A DNA stretch of 64,000 nt from Cyanobacteria bacterium auto_48_18 (GCA_036170915.1 JAVHQC010000015.1:1-64000), one strand, 5' to 3'. Shown: positions 28,188-38,693, counted from the stretch's first letter. Made by a program: numbers and translations. The notes: a model not told the origin generated them from the sequence alone.

Positions 28188-28931
28188 TTATGTCGATAAC
28201 CGCACACGCTTAAGAAGGTCATTGAGCGCTGCTCGGGCAGTAGATTTTTCCGGCAAGATGGTGGCATCTGCAGCGTCTTCTAAAACTTCACGCAGCCTTT
28301 CATATTCTTCTTTGTGAAAGTCCCATTCCTTATCGTCAAGTGCGGATTGCTCTGTGGCTCTCTCCAACAACTCGCCCAAATAAGGTAGAGAAAATTTTTG
28401 GTTGAGGATATTCAGATTGCTTTCAATGGTGGCAGAATTCATCAGGTGCGTGCCTGTCAAAACAATTCTGTAAACCGATAAGAGATCATTGACTTTTTTC
28501 GTATTCTCTTTGCAAAGAAGCTGCCACTGCGCGTCTGCCAGCCCCAGGTAGTGATAACAGTGCAGCCTGGTCAAACAGCTTTTGCCAATTTCTTTCAGCT
28601 CGTCGTGTTGATCGCTAGTTAGAACCACAAGCGGAGAATAAAGCTGCTCCATGACGTGGCCGTTATCGTTCAACATCAGTAGGAAAAACTTTTTTATATC
28701 TTGAGTGCATAAGTCTAATTCTGCATCGTCTGCGGTTTTCGATACTTCCACCAGGTCTTCGGTAGAGTCGAGACCAAGAACTTGTTCTGTGGGCAAAATA
28801 TGAACACCGCGCACTGTAAATTGCATCGACGCTGCAGGCAGCCCATAGAGATGGGCACCATCCATGGTTGCAAATAACAGAGGGTAACCATAATTTTGGA
28901 CGGCTTCTTCAAGCTTTGGTGGAAGATTCAC
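28188..28931 (-). CDS. Predicted nucleotidyltransferase family protein with degenerate catalytic motif
   Basis: GAHLYG...RGVH, KFFLLML..NG.VMEQL.SP, HYLG, YRIVLTG.HLM motifs. Confidence 0.75.
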   Translation of the reverse strand: MNLPPKLEEAVQNYGYPLLFATMDGAHLYGLPAASMQFTVRGVHILPTEQVLGLDSTEDLVEVSKTADDAELDLCTQDIKKFFLLMLNDNGHVMEQLYSPLVVLTSDQHDELKEIGKSCLTRLHCYHYLGLADAQWQLLCKENTKKVNDLLSVYRIVLTGTHLMNSATIESNLNILNQKFSLPYLGELLERATEQSALDDKEWDFHKEEYERLREVLEDAADATILPEKSTARAALNDLLKRVRLST

Positions 28932-29033
28932 GGCTTATTTTCAACCTATTGCCAACGATAATAATTATCGCGCAAAATCAAAAGATGGGTGTAGACTACA
29001 ACGTGTTTTAATATCCTTTTTTGAGGAGTTCAC

Positions 29034-29465
29034 GTGGCCGAAATCGAGACCGACGCTGAAAAGACAATTGCTGATCCTTCTCAAGCGACCAAACCTGCGA
29101 AAGCAGCTAAAATTGCAAAAGTAGATCCGGTAGTCTATGCACTTTATCGCGCCTCCCGTTGTCACGGCTGCGATCGCAAGCTTGAAAAAGGCGAAATTGT
29201 CAAACTCGAGCAAGGCCTCGAAGAACAAAGGGCATTTTGCAGCAAGTGTTCTGAGCTCGATGGTCTTGAGATTTTGCCTAGCGGCAATGCCAAAATCACG
29301 CGGCTGGCTAAGAAATATTCGCCCCGTACCTATGTTGTGATGCGCTGGTCGGAAGTTTGGAAAGCTTACGAACGACAAGGCCTTTTCGTCGAGCCTAAAG
29401 CAATTGACCAGGCTGAAAGCGAGGCCGGCGTCAAACTGCTGAACCGCCCGGCGCGGCAGTGCTGA
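29034..29465 (+). CDS. Zn-finger-like hypothetical protein resembling the N-terminal part of DUF2293 proteins
   Basis: CHGC...CSKC, LPSGNAKITR, YERQGLFVE. Confidence 0.6.
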   Translation: MAEIETDAEKTIADPSQATKPAKAAKIAKVDPVVYALYRASRCHGCDRKLEKGEIVKLEQGLEEQRAFCSKCSELDGLEILPSGNAKITRLAKKYSPRTYVVMRWSEVWKAYERQGLFVEPKAIDQAESEAGVKLLNRPARQC

Positions 29466-29561
29466 GCATCCGTTTAAACTATCTGCTTACCTTAATAAAA
29501 ACTCAGAGACTGGATGAGCTAGTGACGGTCAGTTATTATTAGCCCTCCTTAAGAACTGGGA

Positions 29562-30953
29562 GTGGCTATGCAAACGGTTAAACAGCCTCCGCTTGTGGAA
29601 ACCCCTGAGCATTTTGACTATAGCGTCCACGAGGTCAGTGCTGTGGCGCATGATTTATCGCCGCTCGAGCCTGTGGCCAATGCGCCCTCCCCATGGCATG
29701 TTCTCATTGCCTGCTGGCTTGGTGGTGTCTTCGATGGCATGGACTCTTCGATTTTTGCCATGGTTCTCTTTCCCGCATTGTCTGAACTCTTGCACACTCA
29801 GTCGCATGCAGTGGTCGGCCAGTATGGCTCTTATATCATTGCTCTATTCATGCTCGGTTGGGCCCTGGGCGCCATGATTTTTGGCGCCATGGCCGACAAT
29901 ATTGGTCGGGCAAAAACGCTGACAATCACAATCCTCTTATATGCTATTTGCACAGGCCTGTGCGCTTTTGCTAATAACTGGTGGGAGCTTGGCATTTATC
30001 GCTTTTTGGTCGGCGCTGGTATTGGTGGCGAAATGGGCATTGGCGCTGTACTTTTATCTGAGTGCTGGCCGAGCAAAACCAAAGTTTATGCAGTCAGCGC
30101 TCTGGCTACCTCGCTTGGTGTCGGCTATTTACTGACGGCCTCTCTTAATTTGTGGCTTGGCCACTACGGCTGGCGTTATCTATTTATGGCAGGAATAGTG
30201 CCAGCATTCTTAACTGTGTACATGCGCTTTAAATTGCGTGAGCCGGTGGAGTTTCTCAAAGCTAAAGCGGTGCGCGATCAAGAAAGTGCGAACAGTGGCA
30301 AAAGTATTTTCAAAACCATGTGCATTAATGCAGGTGTTTGCTTCAGAGAGTTATTTACTGCCGAGAACCGCCAAAAGACTATTTCGGTAGCTGCTGTGGC
30401 TAGCGTCGCCATCGTTTGCTGGTGGGCGGTGATTGCTTGGATTCCTGCGTGGATTAATCAGCTCACCGGCGAACTTGCGGTAGAGCAGCGCAGTCATGCC
30501 ATGTTCACTAAAGACATAGGTATGATTTTGTCGGGTTTGCTTGGCGGCATAGCCATAAAAAAATTCGGTTACCGCTGGTCTATGGGTCTCTCGTTTTTCA
30601 TGGCCTATTGTCTTGCCTACGGCATGTTCAATACAGTGCATTCCTTCGGCACGCCGCTATTAATCTGGCTTGTGGCATTAGGCTTTTTCTCGCACCTGCC
30701 ATTTGTTATTCTCTGGACATATCTGCCTGAACTCTATGAAGCAAAAGTGCGCAGCACCGCATTTGGTTTCATTTATAATGCCGGAAGATATGCTGCCGTG
30801 GTGGCAGCGTTGGCTAGCGGCATTTTGATCAATACCTTTGGCGGCTCTTATGCTATGGCGGCGTCAAGCGTGGCAGGGGTTTACCTGGTGGGTATTTTAT
30901 TTGTCTTCTTCATCCCTAAAAAGGGTGAATATCTTGGTGCCGTGGGCCACTAG
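29562..30953 (+). CDS. MFS transporter (aromatic acid/sialate-like)
   Basis: FDGMD, GAMADNIGRAK, GIGGE, PELYEAKVRSTA motifs; about 12 TM segments. Confidence 0.88.
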   Translation: MAMQTVKQPPLVETPEHFDYSVHEVSAVAHDLSPLEPVANAPSPWHVLIACWLGGVFDGMDSSIFAMVLFPALSELLHTQSHAVVGQYGSYIIALFMLGWALGAMIFGAMADNIGRAKTLTITILLYAICTGLCAFANNWWELGIYRFLVGAGIGGEMGIGAVLLSECWPSKTKVYAVSALATSLGVGYLLTASLNLWLGHYGWRYLFMAGIVPAFLTVYMRFKLREPVEFLKAKAVRDQESANSGKSIFKTMCINAGVCFRELFTAENRQKTISVAAVASVAIVCWWAVIAWIPAWINQLTGELAVEQRSHAMFTKDIGMILSGLLGGIAIKKFGYRWSMGLSFFMAYCLAYGMFNTVHSFGTPLLIWLVALGFFSHLPFVILWTYLPELYEAKVRSTAFGFIYNAGRYAAVVAALASGILINTFGGSYAMAASSVAGVYLVGILFVFFIPKKGEYLGAVGH

Positions 30954-31957
30954 TTAGACTTGTTTTTGGTATCAGCGGCGGTGATGCCACCGTTGTTGCC
31001 AAATTGGCCCTGCTGCCAGAGTGTGCCTGCCGCTTCATAACGTAATACTGGTTGTTTGGGCTTGAATTTGCCGATTTTGCCAAATGCTCTTTGAATATTG
31101 CTGCCATGGGGGCCGGAAGTATAATAGTCTTGTTGGACATAACCGGTGAAGCGTTCATCGACGTCTTTAGCATCGGAGAATTTCCAGATATATTCCATCT
31201 GGCTTCTGTAGGGTGGCAAATCTTTGCCTACATCAAGGCCAACCTTAATACCAATCATCTCTTCTCTTGTAATTGGTTTGTCAGGCTTGAACGTTCCGTC
31301 TTTGTAACCGATTGAATAACCGGCATTAGAGAGGGCCTGCACATATTTGTAGGCGGCATTGCTTTCGGGAGTGTCTTTGAATTGTTGTGTGCTCTGCGGG
31401 GCTAGCCGTAATTGTTTGTCTTTGGGCACGATGGCATTGTATGCGCGGTAAAGCCAGGTAATATATTCGCCGCGAGTGATTGGTTGATATGGTTTAAATG
31501 TAGGTGCCAGATCGTCAAAAACGTGTAGCTGAGCCAACTGTTCAATCAATTCTTTGTCGGGTACATCAGCCAGATCTGTAAATTGAACTGTGTTTGTGTT
31601 TGCGCTTGTGCTCGTATTAGTAGCTGCGCTATTTGGATCAGCGGCGCTGTTGGCTTTAGTATTTAAGATTGTAGTATCAATGGTGGTGGCAGTGCCACTG
31701 CCGCTTTCAAGTTGTTTTTTCTTTTGCTCATTTGAATTTTGCATCAGCGTCAACTGCGATTGCAGGCTGGATGTCTGCGCTTTAGCATCGCTCAGTTCGC
31801 GCTTAAGGTCTTCTTTCTCTTTGTCTGCTGCTGAGCTGCAGCCTGCCATGCCGGTCACGCCCGTCATGATCACCATGGCGCCGGCTGCTGCCAGATATTT
31901 GTCTAGAAAGTGTGTCATAGGCCTCGCTTGTGTAAGTCTCTGGAGCTTGTGCAACAT
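30950..31957 (-). CDS. S-layer homology (SLH) domain lipoprotein
   Basis: Lipobox MAGC; coiled coil; SLH motifs FKPYQPITRGE, GYKDGTFKPDKPITREE, FKPKQPVLRYEAA; start may be a downstream ATG. Confidence 0.8.
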   Translation of the reverse strand: MLHKLQRLTQARPMTHFLDKYLAAAGAMVIMTGVTGMAGCSSAADKEKEDLKRELSDAKAQTSSLQSQLTLMQNSNEQKKKQLESGSGTATTIDTTILNTKANSAADPNSAATNTSTSANTNTVQFTDLADVPDKELIEQLAQLHVFDDLAPTFKPYQPITRGEYITWLYRAYNAIVPKDKQLRLAPQSTQQFKDTPESNAAYKYVQALSNAGYSIGYKDGTFKPDKPITREEMIGIKVGLDVGKDLPPYRSQMEYIWKFSDAKDVDERFTGYVQQDYYTSGPHGSNIQRAFGKIGKFKPKQPVLRYEAAGTLWQQGQFGNNGGITAADTKNKSN

Positions 31958-31999
31958 GTTACAGGTAAAGCCTTTTTTTTAGGATGCAAAAATAAGAGA

Positions 32000-32029
32000 A
32001 CACCCCATACCTTTGCAGGAATGGGGTGT
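32000..32029 (-). terminator. Hairpin downstream of the RRM gene, probable terminator
   Basis: ACACCCCAT...ATGGGGTGT inverted repeat followed on the minus strand by TCTCTTATTTTT. Confidence 0.55.
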
Positions 32030-32053
32030 CGCATGGAAAACTTTAGTGGATTC

Positions 32054-32314
32054 TTAGTAGGCTTTCTCTTTAGGCTTGGATGCGTTGACAACAATTTGTC
32101 TGCCATCCACGTCTTTACCGTTCAAGCTGGCAATGGCGGCTTCGGCTTCAGCCTGGCTGCCCATTTCAACAAAAGCGAATCCACGCTTTCTGCCACTGTC
32201 TCTGTCGGTGGGGATTGCCACCGAAACAACTTTGCCGGACTCGGCAAATAGTTCTTCGAGGCTTGTTTCGTCCAGGTTGTAGGAAAGGTTACCTACAAAT
32301 AGCTTATTCTTCAT
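32054..32314 (-). CDS. RRM-domain RNA-binding protein (Rbp family)
   Basis: RNP2 LFVGNL and RNP1 RGFAFVEM. Confidence 0.93.
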   Translation of the reverse strand: MKNKLFVGNLSYNLDETSLEELFAESGKVVSVAIPTDRDSGRKRGFAFVEMGSQAEAEAAIASLNGKDVDGRQIVVNASKPKEKAY

Positions 32315-32518
32315 CTAATCTCCAGCAGTGCGTCTACACCAACACTATTTGGTGCAGCAGGCTCTCTATTTCGGTAGCCTTAATGGAGGAGTATTGCATA
32401 TATTTCACTCTGCTGGAAGTCAATAAATCTCATCGAATCGGCACCGGGATGCTTGGCAAGGCAATTGCGATGTCAGATTCATCCTGTAGACTTGTGTCAT
32501 ACCCAGAGGAGATTCACT

Positions 32519-32740
32519 ATGGCCAAAAAAGTTGACACCGATGCGCCTCCAGCTTTAATTATCGAGTTCAAGACCACCAGCGGCGAAGTCTGGGGCACCA
32601 TCAAGGCTGATGGCAAAGAATTCAAAACCGGATCCACCGGATTTTATGCCAACGGCAAAATCAAAAATCCTAAAAACGGTTCCGCTTATCAAGTTGGTAC
32701 CAATATCATTTTAATAGGCAGCAAAGAGTCAGAGCCTTAA
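32519..32740 (+). CDS. Small conserved hypothetical protein (73 aa)
   Basis: GAGGAG SD before ATG 32519; KEFKTGSTGFYANGKI...YQVG.NIILIGSK. Confidence 0.7.
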   Translation: MAKKVDTDAPPALIIEFKTTSGEVWGTIKADGKEFKTGSTGFYANGKIKNPKNGSAYQVGTNIILIGSKESEP

Positions 32741-32751
32741 GCTTAGCTCGA

Positions 32752-33222
32752 TCAATCTTTTTGGGCAGCGGCGGCGTTCTTCAGCTTTGTGACCGCACGA
32801 TCAAAGGCGCTGGCAAAGCGATGCTTGTCTTTGTCGGTATATTGCTTGGGCCCGCCGGTAATGTCGCCGCTGTCTCTTAGGTCAGTCATCAATGCCCTGA
32901 TTGATACTCGTTCGCCGATGTTTTCTTCAGTGAAAACGTGCCCGCGCGGGTCGATTACAGTCACTTCGTTCGGCACAAGTAGCGCAGCCAACAAAATATC
33001 CTGGGTTATAACGAGATCATTTTTGTCGGCCCTTTCAACAATATATTGATCGGCAATGTCTGCGCCTTTTTCTACCTGTACCGCAGTCAGATACGGAGAA
33101 AGGGGTAACACAATTACTTTGTTGGCGACAAAAACTGCGTCGATGGCCTGTCTGTGACAAGCTTTGACTACAACGTCCTTTACTCCAACCGGGCAGGCGT
33201 CGGCGTCAACCCAAACTTTCAT
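32752..33222 (-). CDS. YaiI/YqxD (DUF188) family protein
   Basis: VDADACPV, ADQYI, LVITQDILLA, DPRG motifs. Confidence 0.9.
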   Translation of the reverse strand: MKVWVDADACPVGVKDVVVKACHRQAIDAVFVANKVIVLPLSPYLTAVQVEKGADIADQYIVERADKNDLVITQDILLAALLVPNEVTVIDPRGHVFTEENIGERVSIRALMTDLRDSGDITGGPKQYTDKDKHRFASAFDRAVTKLKNAAAAQKD

Positions 33223-33335
33223 CGTCTTTTTCCTGGTCTACAAAGTCTCAGCGTTTATACAATAACATCACAAAAGGGCGAATATAGTCACTCTTGAGTG
33301 ACAGCCATAGAATTCGGGCTGTATAATCAGTAGCT

Positions 33336-35186
33336 ATGCCAGTTGCAATCAGTTGCCAGTCTTTAACCAAGTCATTTAGCGCTCGCCCACTCTTCCGCGA
33401 TATTTCGATCACTATTGATGATCGTGAGCGGATTGGTTTGATCGGCCCCAATGGCTCGGGCAAATCTACATTGCTTAAAATTATGGCGGGGCTTTATGAG
33501 CCTGACTCCGGCACCGTCACCACAAGAAAATTTCTCAATATCGCTTATCTGGCTCAAGACAATCCTTATCCGCCTGAGGCAATTCTGCGCGATGTCGTAG
33601 CTGCCTCGCTAGCCGACCAGCATATTGAAGAATCAGAGCTGATTAATCGTGCGGAATATACTCTAAGTACGCTTGGTTTTGAGGAGCTCGATGCTCAGGT
33701 TTCGTCACTATCGGGAGGCTGGCGTAAACGCCTGGCTCTGGCTTGTGCTCTTGTTCGTGAACCTGATTTTCTTTTGCTGGATGAACCAACTAACCACCTC
33801 GATTTAGAGGGCGTTTTATGGTTGGAAGACCTTTTGAAATCTGCCCCCTTTGCTTTCATTCTCGTCAGCCACGATCGCAATTTTCTCGAGAATGTCACCA
33901 ATCGCACGGTGGAATTGAATTCTACTTATAAAGATGGCTATTTAAGCTGCAAGGGCCCCTATAGCTCGTTTCTAGAAGCTCGCGCCGAGTATTTGTCTGC
34001 TCAATCGAACGAGCAGCAAGCGTTGGCCAGCAAAATGCGCAGAGAAGTAGCCTGGCTACAGCGCGGTGCTCGTGCCCGTCAAACCAAGTCGGTGGGTCGC
34101 ATTCGTGAAGCCGGTAAACTCTTCGATGAGTTTGCCGAAGTCAAAGCGCGCAACAATATGACCAGTTCGGTCAATATCGATTTTAGTTCGTCTGGCCGCC
34201 GCACCAAAGAGCTTTTGGTGGCCAAACAAATTGAAAAATCTCTCGGTGGGCGCAAATTGTTTTCCGGCCTTGACTTAGTTTTGAGCCCTAAACAAAAGTT
34301 AGGATTGGTAGGCACCAATGGCAGTGGCAAAACAACTTTGCTGCGCATATTAGCCGATCAGATGCAGCCTGACAAAGGCACCATTAAAAGAGCAGATTTG
34401 CTCAAGATTGTCTGGTTTGATCAAAACCGAGATCAGCTCAATAAAGAAATTACCCTAAAAGAAGCCCTCTGCCCCAGCGGCGATTCGGTTGTTTATCGTG
34501 ATCGACAAATACATGTAATTAGCTGGGCCAAACGGTTTCTCTTCCGCCCCGACCAACTGCCTATGCCTGTCAGTTATTTGTCTGGTGGCGAGCAAGCGCG
34601 AATTTTAATTGCTCGTTTGATGTTGCAGGAAGCAGATTTGCTTATACTCGACGAGCCCACCAACGATCTCGATATTGCTTCGCTTGAAGTTTTGGAAGAA
34701 AGTCTTGAAGATTTCCCTGGTGCCGTTGTTTTAGTCACACATGATCGCTACATGATCGACACTATCTCCACCACTATTCTTGCCCTGGACGGTGAGGGTG
34801 GTGTTTCATTCTTTGCTGATTACGCGCAGTGGGAGTCTACACGGGGCGGCGGCGGAAAAAATAAATCGAAGAATAATTCGAGTTCCGGCAATTCGCCTTC
34901 CAATAGCAATAATAAAATCGGCAGCTCCACTAGTAGTGTGGCTGTAAAAAATCTCAAAGCCTTATCGAATAACGAGAAGAAAGAGCTAGACCAGATCAGC
35001 CTCAAGGTAGAAGAAGCAGAGCACGCATTGCAAGTAGTGCGCAAACGCATGGAAGACCCTAAGGTATCAGCCAATCATGTGAAACTGGCCGAAATGATGG
35101 ACGAATTGCATAAAGCTGAAACTAATGTGGCTAAAGTCTTTGCCCGCTGGGAAGAACTGGAAGCCCGCCAGGCAGCCAATAAGTAA
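33336..35186 (+). CDS. uup: ABC-F family ATPase (Uup-like)
   Basis: Two ABC domains (GPNGSGKS/LSGGW/LLDEPTNHLD; GTNGSGKT/LSGGE/LDEPTNDLD), WLQRGARARQTK linker, C-terminal RWEELE. Confidence 0.88.
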   Translation: MPVAISCQSLTKSFSARPLFRDISITIDDRERIGLIGPNGSGKSTLLKIMAGLYEPDSGTVTTRKFLNIAYLAQDNPYPPEAILRDVVAASLADQHIEESELINRAEYTLSTLGFEELDAQVSSLSGGWRKRLALACALVREPDFLLLDEPTNHLDLEGVLWLEDLLKSAPFAFILVSHDRNFLENVTNRTVELNSTYKDGYLSCKGPYSSFLEARAEYLSAQSNEQQALASKMRREVAWLQRGARARQTKSVGRIREAGKLFDEFAEVKARNNMTSSVNIDFSSSGRRTKELLVAKQIEKSLGGRKLFSGLDLVLSPKQKLGLVGTNGSGKTTLLRILADQMQPDKGTIKRADLLKIVWFDQNRDQLNKEITLKEALCPSGDSVVYRDRQIHVISWAKRFLFRPDQLPMPVSYLSGGEQARILIARLMLQEADLLILDEPTNDLDIASLEVLEESLEDFPGAVVLVTHDRYMIDTISTTILALDGEGGVSFFADYAQWESTRGGGGKNKSKNNSSSGNSPSNSNNKIGSSTSSVAVKNLKALSNNEKKELDQISLKVEEAEHALQVVRKRMEDPKVSANHVKLAEMMDELHKAETNVAKVFARWEELEARQAANK

Positions 35187-35215
35187 GGCCAAGAATTAAG
35201 GCCAAGAATTAAGGC
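35184..35215 (+). repeat. 13-bp tandem repeat, about 2.5 copies
   Basis: TAAGGCCAAGAAT TAAGGCCAAGAAT TAAGGC starting at the uup stop codon. Confidence 0.85.
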
Positions 35216-35396
35216 ATATAGGTAAAGCGAAAAGCCGGTTCAAGCAGAAGTACAAGCTCATTTTGTAGACGCTTTGCAACAAGTTTATTACCTTTCAAGT
35301 GGCCTTCTGCGGCCACGGGGGAACTTCTTGCTTTGCCAGGCGTCTTTTGGAGGACAACGCAAATAGAAATTGGTGTTTGCAATTGAGGACATTTAT

Positions 35397-36029
35397 ATGC
35401 TGACTCGAAAACTATCCACTGCATCTTTGGCTGTTGCCATTGTAGGTCTACAGATGCTTCCGGCATTCGCCCAAACCACTGTTTTAAGCGGTAAAGTGAA
35501 CAGCAGTGCCGCCATGCCGCAACTAGTGCGTCAGGTGCCGGTATACGACACTAATAGAAATACTGTGAGAGTTGTTACTCCTAATCCAAATTCTAGTGCT
35601 GCTGCAAGTGTGCCTCGGCGCGTGTATTCAAGCGGCGCACAAACCAGAACTGTCTATGTTGAAAAACCTGTTTACCGCGATGTCATAGTGCGTGACAATC
35701 GCACCTATTTCCAGAGACATCCAAAAGTTAAAGCTGTTTCCATCGGTGCTGGCGTTGGTGCTGGTGCCGGCGCCTTAACCGGGGTAATTTCAGGTAGTGG
35801 CGTTGTTCGTGGTGCCGCCATTGGTGCAGGTACCGGCGCTGGCGTTGGCCTCGTGCGCAGCAGTCGAACAATGAAACGTCACCCCATTGCTCGTGATACC
35901 GCCACAGGCACTCTGGCTGGTTTGGGCATCGGTGCCGCTTCTGGTCGTGGTGGCAAACGCGCTCTTACTGGCGCAGGTGTGGGTGCGGCAGTTGGTCTTG
36001 GTGTTGGTCTGTTCAAGCATCTCAAATAA
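35397..36029 (+). CDS. Secreted glycine-zipper protein
   Basis: GAGGA SD, signal peptide ending AFA, GAGVGAGAGAL-type repeats. Confidence 0.75.
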   Translation: MLTRKLSTASLAVAIVGLQMLPAFAQTTVLSGKVNSSAAMPQLVRQVPVYDTNRNTVRVVTPNPNSSAAASVPRRVYSSGAQTRTVYVEKPVYRDVIVRDNRTYFQRHPKVKAVSIGAGVGAGAGALTGVISGSGVVRGAAIGAGTGAGVGLVRSSRTMKRHPIARDTATGTLAGLGIGAASGRGGKRALTGAGVGAAVGLGVGLFKHLK

Positions 36030-36052
36030 GACATTGGAGATTAGGCATTAAC

Positions 36053-37117
36053 ATGATTAAGTCGGCAGGCAGCCTTGCATTAGTTTCAATAGCTATCGCT
36101 TCATTGGCTCTGAGTGGATGTTCGAGCGGTGCAAGTGATATGCGCGCGCAAGCGGAAACGCAAATTAAGGCAAATGATTTTGCTGGTGCGGAAAAGACAC
36201 TGAAGCAGGTTTTAGAGAATCAAGAGCGCTCTAAAAGTGGAAGTGACGTATCAATTGCACCGACACTGAACGCGCTTGGTAATTTGTATATTAAGCAAGG
36301 CAAGTACAGCGAAGCCGATGATTTGTTCAAACGTGCCACCAAATTGCAGCATCAAGCTATGGCACCACAACTGGTGGCCCTGGCCGAATCTCTCAATGGT
36401 CAGGGAGTGTCACTGACTCAACAAGGTAAGTTCGAGGCAGCTGAGCAAACACTGCAACAAGCTTTGTCTCTACGCGAAGATAATCTGCCGGCCGGTGCCT
36501 TACCCATTGCCGAAAGCGAAAACAGTCTGGCACAGGTCTATTTTCAAACCGGTCACTATCCTCAAGCCGAAGCGCTCTATAAAGCGGCACAGTCTATCTA
36601 TGAGAAGACCAGTGGAGTAGAATCAGCCGAGGCTGCCAATGTGCGCAACAATTTGGCCAGTCTTTATTATGCTCAGGGTAAATTACAGCAAGCTGAGCCC
36701 ATCTTTAAGTGGTCTGTGTCCATCTTCGAGCGTGCCTCAGGCAAGGATAGTCTTGAAGTAGCCAATGCTTGCAATAACTTGGCCGAGCTTTATCGCGCCC
36801 AGAAGAAATATGCAGAGGCTGAGCCACTCTATGTTCGCGCCCTGGCTATTTACGAAAAAGCTTCGGGCAAGGACAGCCCGGCTGTGGCTACCGCTTGCAA
36901 CAACCTGGCAATTCTTTACCGCACTCAGGGCCGTTTTGCTGACGCTGAGCCATTGTATAAACGCGCCATTGCTATTTACGACGCTAACAGCGGTGTCTCT
37001 AACCAGCAATTTGCCAACGTGCTCGAAAATTATGCCGAACTGATGCAATCTACTGCTCGGCCAACTGAGGCGCAGGAGTTACGAGCGCGAGCTAGCGCCA
37101 AAATTGCCCAGCGCTGA
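36053..37117 (+). CDS. TPR-repeat lipoprotein
   Basis: Lipobox LSGC; 42-aa repeats NNLA.LY..QG.Y.EAEPLY.RAL.I. Confidence 0.9.
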   Translation: MIKSAGSLALVSIAIASLALSGCSSGASDMRAQAETQIKANDFAGAEKTLKQVLENQERSKSGSDVSIAPTLNALGNLYIKQGKYSEADDLFKRATKLQHQAMAPQLVALAESLNGQGVSLTQQGKFEAAEQTLQQALSLREDNLPAGALPIAESENSLAQVYFQTGHYPQAEALYKAAQSIYEKTSGVESAEAANVRNNLASLYYAQGKLQQAEPIFKWSVSIFERASGKDSLEVANACNNLAELYRAQKKYAEAEPLYVRALAIYEKASGKDSPAVATACNNLAILYRTQGRFADAEPLYKRAIAIYDANSGVSNQQFANVLENYAELMQSTARPTEAQELRARASAKIAQR

Positions 37118-37460
37118 GATAGCGTGGCGATAAGTTTTTAATCTAGATAACCGATGAGGTCGCAACCTTTTCAATCTTTCGGCCTCTTACGCAAATATTG
37201 CAGGCGCCTTAATCATGCCTGAAGATTTACTTTTGGCCATGCTTGTTGAAGAAACAGGCCTCTATTACAACGCCCTTGCGGCTCTGCCACTCAATCTGCC
37301 TGAGATTTATCAAGAGCTCTACATGGGCGAACCCGGCGCCTCATATGTCCAGAGCCATTGAAATGCTGCTTAACAGCGGTTTATCTCAGACAGTTTAGCT
37401 TCGATTCCAGTAAGCTATGGTTTTCTCATTGAATATTTTTCACCGGATTCCAAATAGCAA

Positions 37461-38657
37461 ATGCGCTGGCGCTACATCGACAATCAGTCTCAGACGGAAG
37501 TACTCTACCGCAAGCGCGTGCTTGATCAGATTGAAAACTGGTGGCTATCTTTTGCCAAGCGTTCTAAAGAATTTGAATCGCACATTCGCGGACGCAGACC
37601 ATTGCCCATCGAAGAACTGGCCAATTGGGTTGATGATGGGTTGAATAAAATCAACGATAATTTGCTCTGGGAATTATGGCCCGGTGATGATGATACTTGT
37701 TTGTTCATTATCACTCCAGAAATGGACCACTATAAAAGGCCACTAGTTAAAACTATTGTCGAAATGGCGCCTCATATTGAAGGCTGGTCGTTTCTGCCGG
37801 TGCGACCGGCCCTGAGCGTAGATGTGCTGCAATCTATATTTGAGTCTCGCACAGGCCTGAGCATTCCCGAAACTAAAATTAGTTGTGTACGTTCTAGCCG
37901 TAATGTTGTTGACGTCACATTCTTCTCAGACTCGTTCAGCGGCGAAAACGATCGCGAAGATATTGAAACTGCCTATTGTTTGTGTGAATATCTGGTTGGC
38001 GAAGATACGCTCAATAAGTGGATTGGCACCATCACCACACAAGTTATAAACACGAGTGCTGGCCGTATTGTCAGTCTGTTTGCCCGTGATAAGCCAATCG
38101 ATATGACACACACTAAATCACTCTCTGAGTTTGCTCAAGCAGTTGATAAAGTGGTGCTCGAAATAAAGCTGCAAATCGATGATGAGCCGCTGCGTTTGCA
38201 AATTCTGCAACCAGCCGAACTTTTGACATTTGAAGATGCCGCCAGTCATTCAGCAGCAACACGGCGCACTTTCGTTTCGGCCAAGAAAGACATTGTTGAA
38301 TCGATTGTGTTGAACGGCCTTTTCTATTCAGAGCGTTTCACCAAACATGGCGAACGTTTTTGCTACCTGAAAATTACAGGTGGCGAGTTGCTTGTGGCTA
38401 CAGAGTGGTTTGTCAAATTACGCGGGCAAGTTGATCAGCAGCTTCGTGCGGCAGAGGCAGGTTGTGTCTTTGGTTTCGGTCACGACGCTGAGCACCTGTT
38501 TATTGATCTGGCTATAGAAAATTTTGATGAAGCGGTTGTGGTGCTTCGAAATGTGGCACAACAGGAGAAGCTGCCGGTCAATTCGTGGCTTCTATTTTTC
38601 GATACCGAGCTCGAGCAAGAGTGGATTGGACTATTTGGCGAAACTGTAGCTCCCTGA
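37461..38657 (+). CDS. Hypothetical protein
   Basis: 398-aa ORF, first of a co-directional cluster; no firm motif. Confidence 0.65.
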   Translation: MRWRYIDNQSQTEVLYRKRVLDQIENWWLSFAKRSKEFESHIRGRRPLPIEELANWVDDGLNKINDNLLWELWPGDDDTCLFIITPEMDHYKRPLVKTIVEMAPHIEGWSFLPVRPALSVDVLQSIFESRTGLSIPETKISCVRSSRNVVDVTFFSDSFSGENDREDIETAYCLCEYLVGEDTLNKWIGTITTQVINTSAGRIVSLFARDKPIDMTHTKSLSEFAQAVDKVVLEIKLQIDDEPLRLQILQPAELLTFEDAASHSAATRRTFVSAKKDIVESIVLNGLFYSERFTKHGERFCYLKITGGELLVATEWFVKLRGQVDQQLRAAEAGCVFGFGHDAEHLFIDLAIENFDEAVVVLRNVAQQEKLPVNSWLLFFDTELEQEWIGLFGETVAP

Positions 38658-38693
38658 TTTTATTGCCATCGAGTGAAGGTGAGATAAGCATTT

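Noticed and set aside
35184..35215. CRISPR array or other functional repeat
   Set aside because: Only about 2.5 adjacent 13-bp units with no spacers and no cas genes; simple slippage duplication.
35740..36010. Gly/Ala-rich repetitive DNA as a RiPP precursor or repeat element
   Set aside because: Explained by ordinary glycine-zipper coding sequence; no modifying enzymes adjacent.
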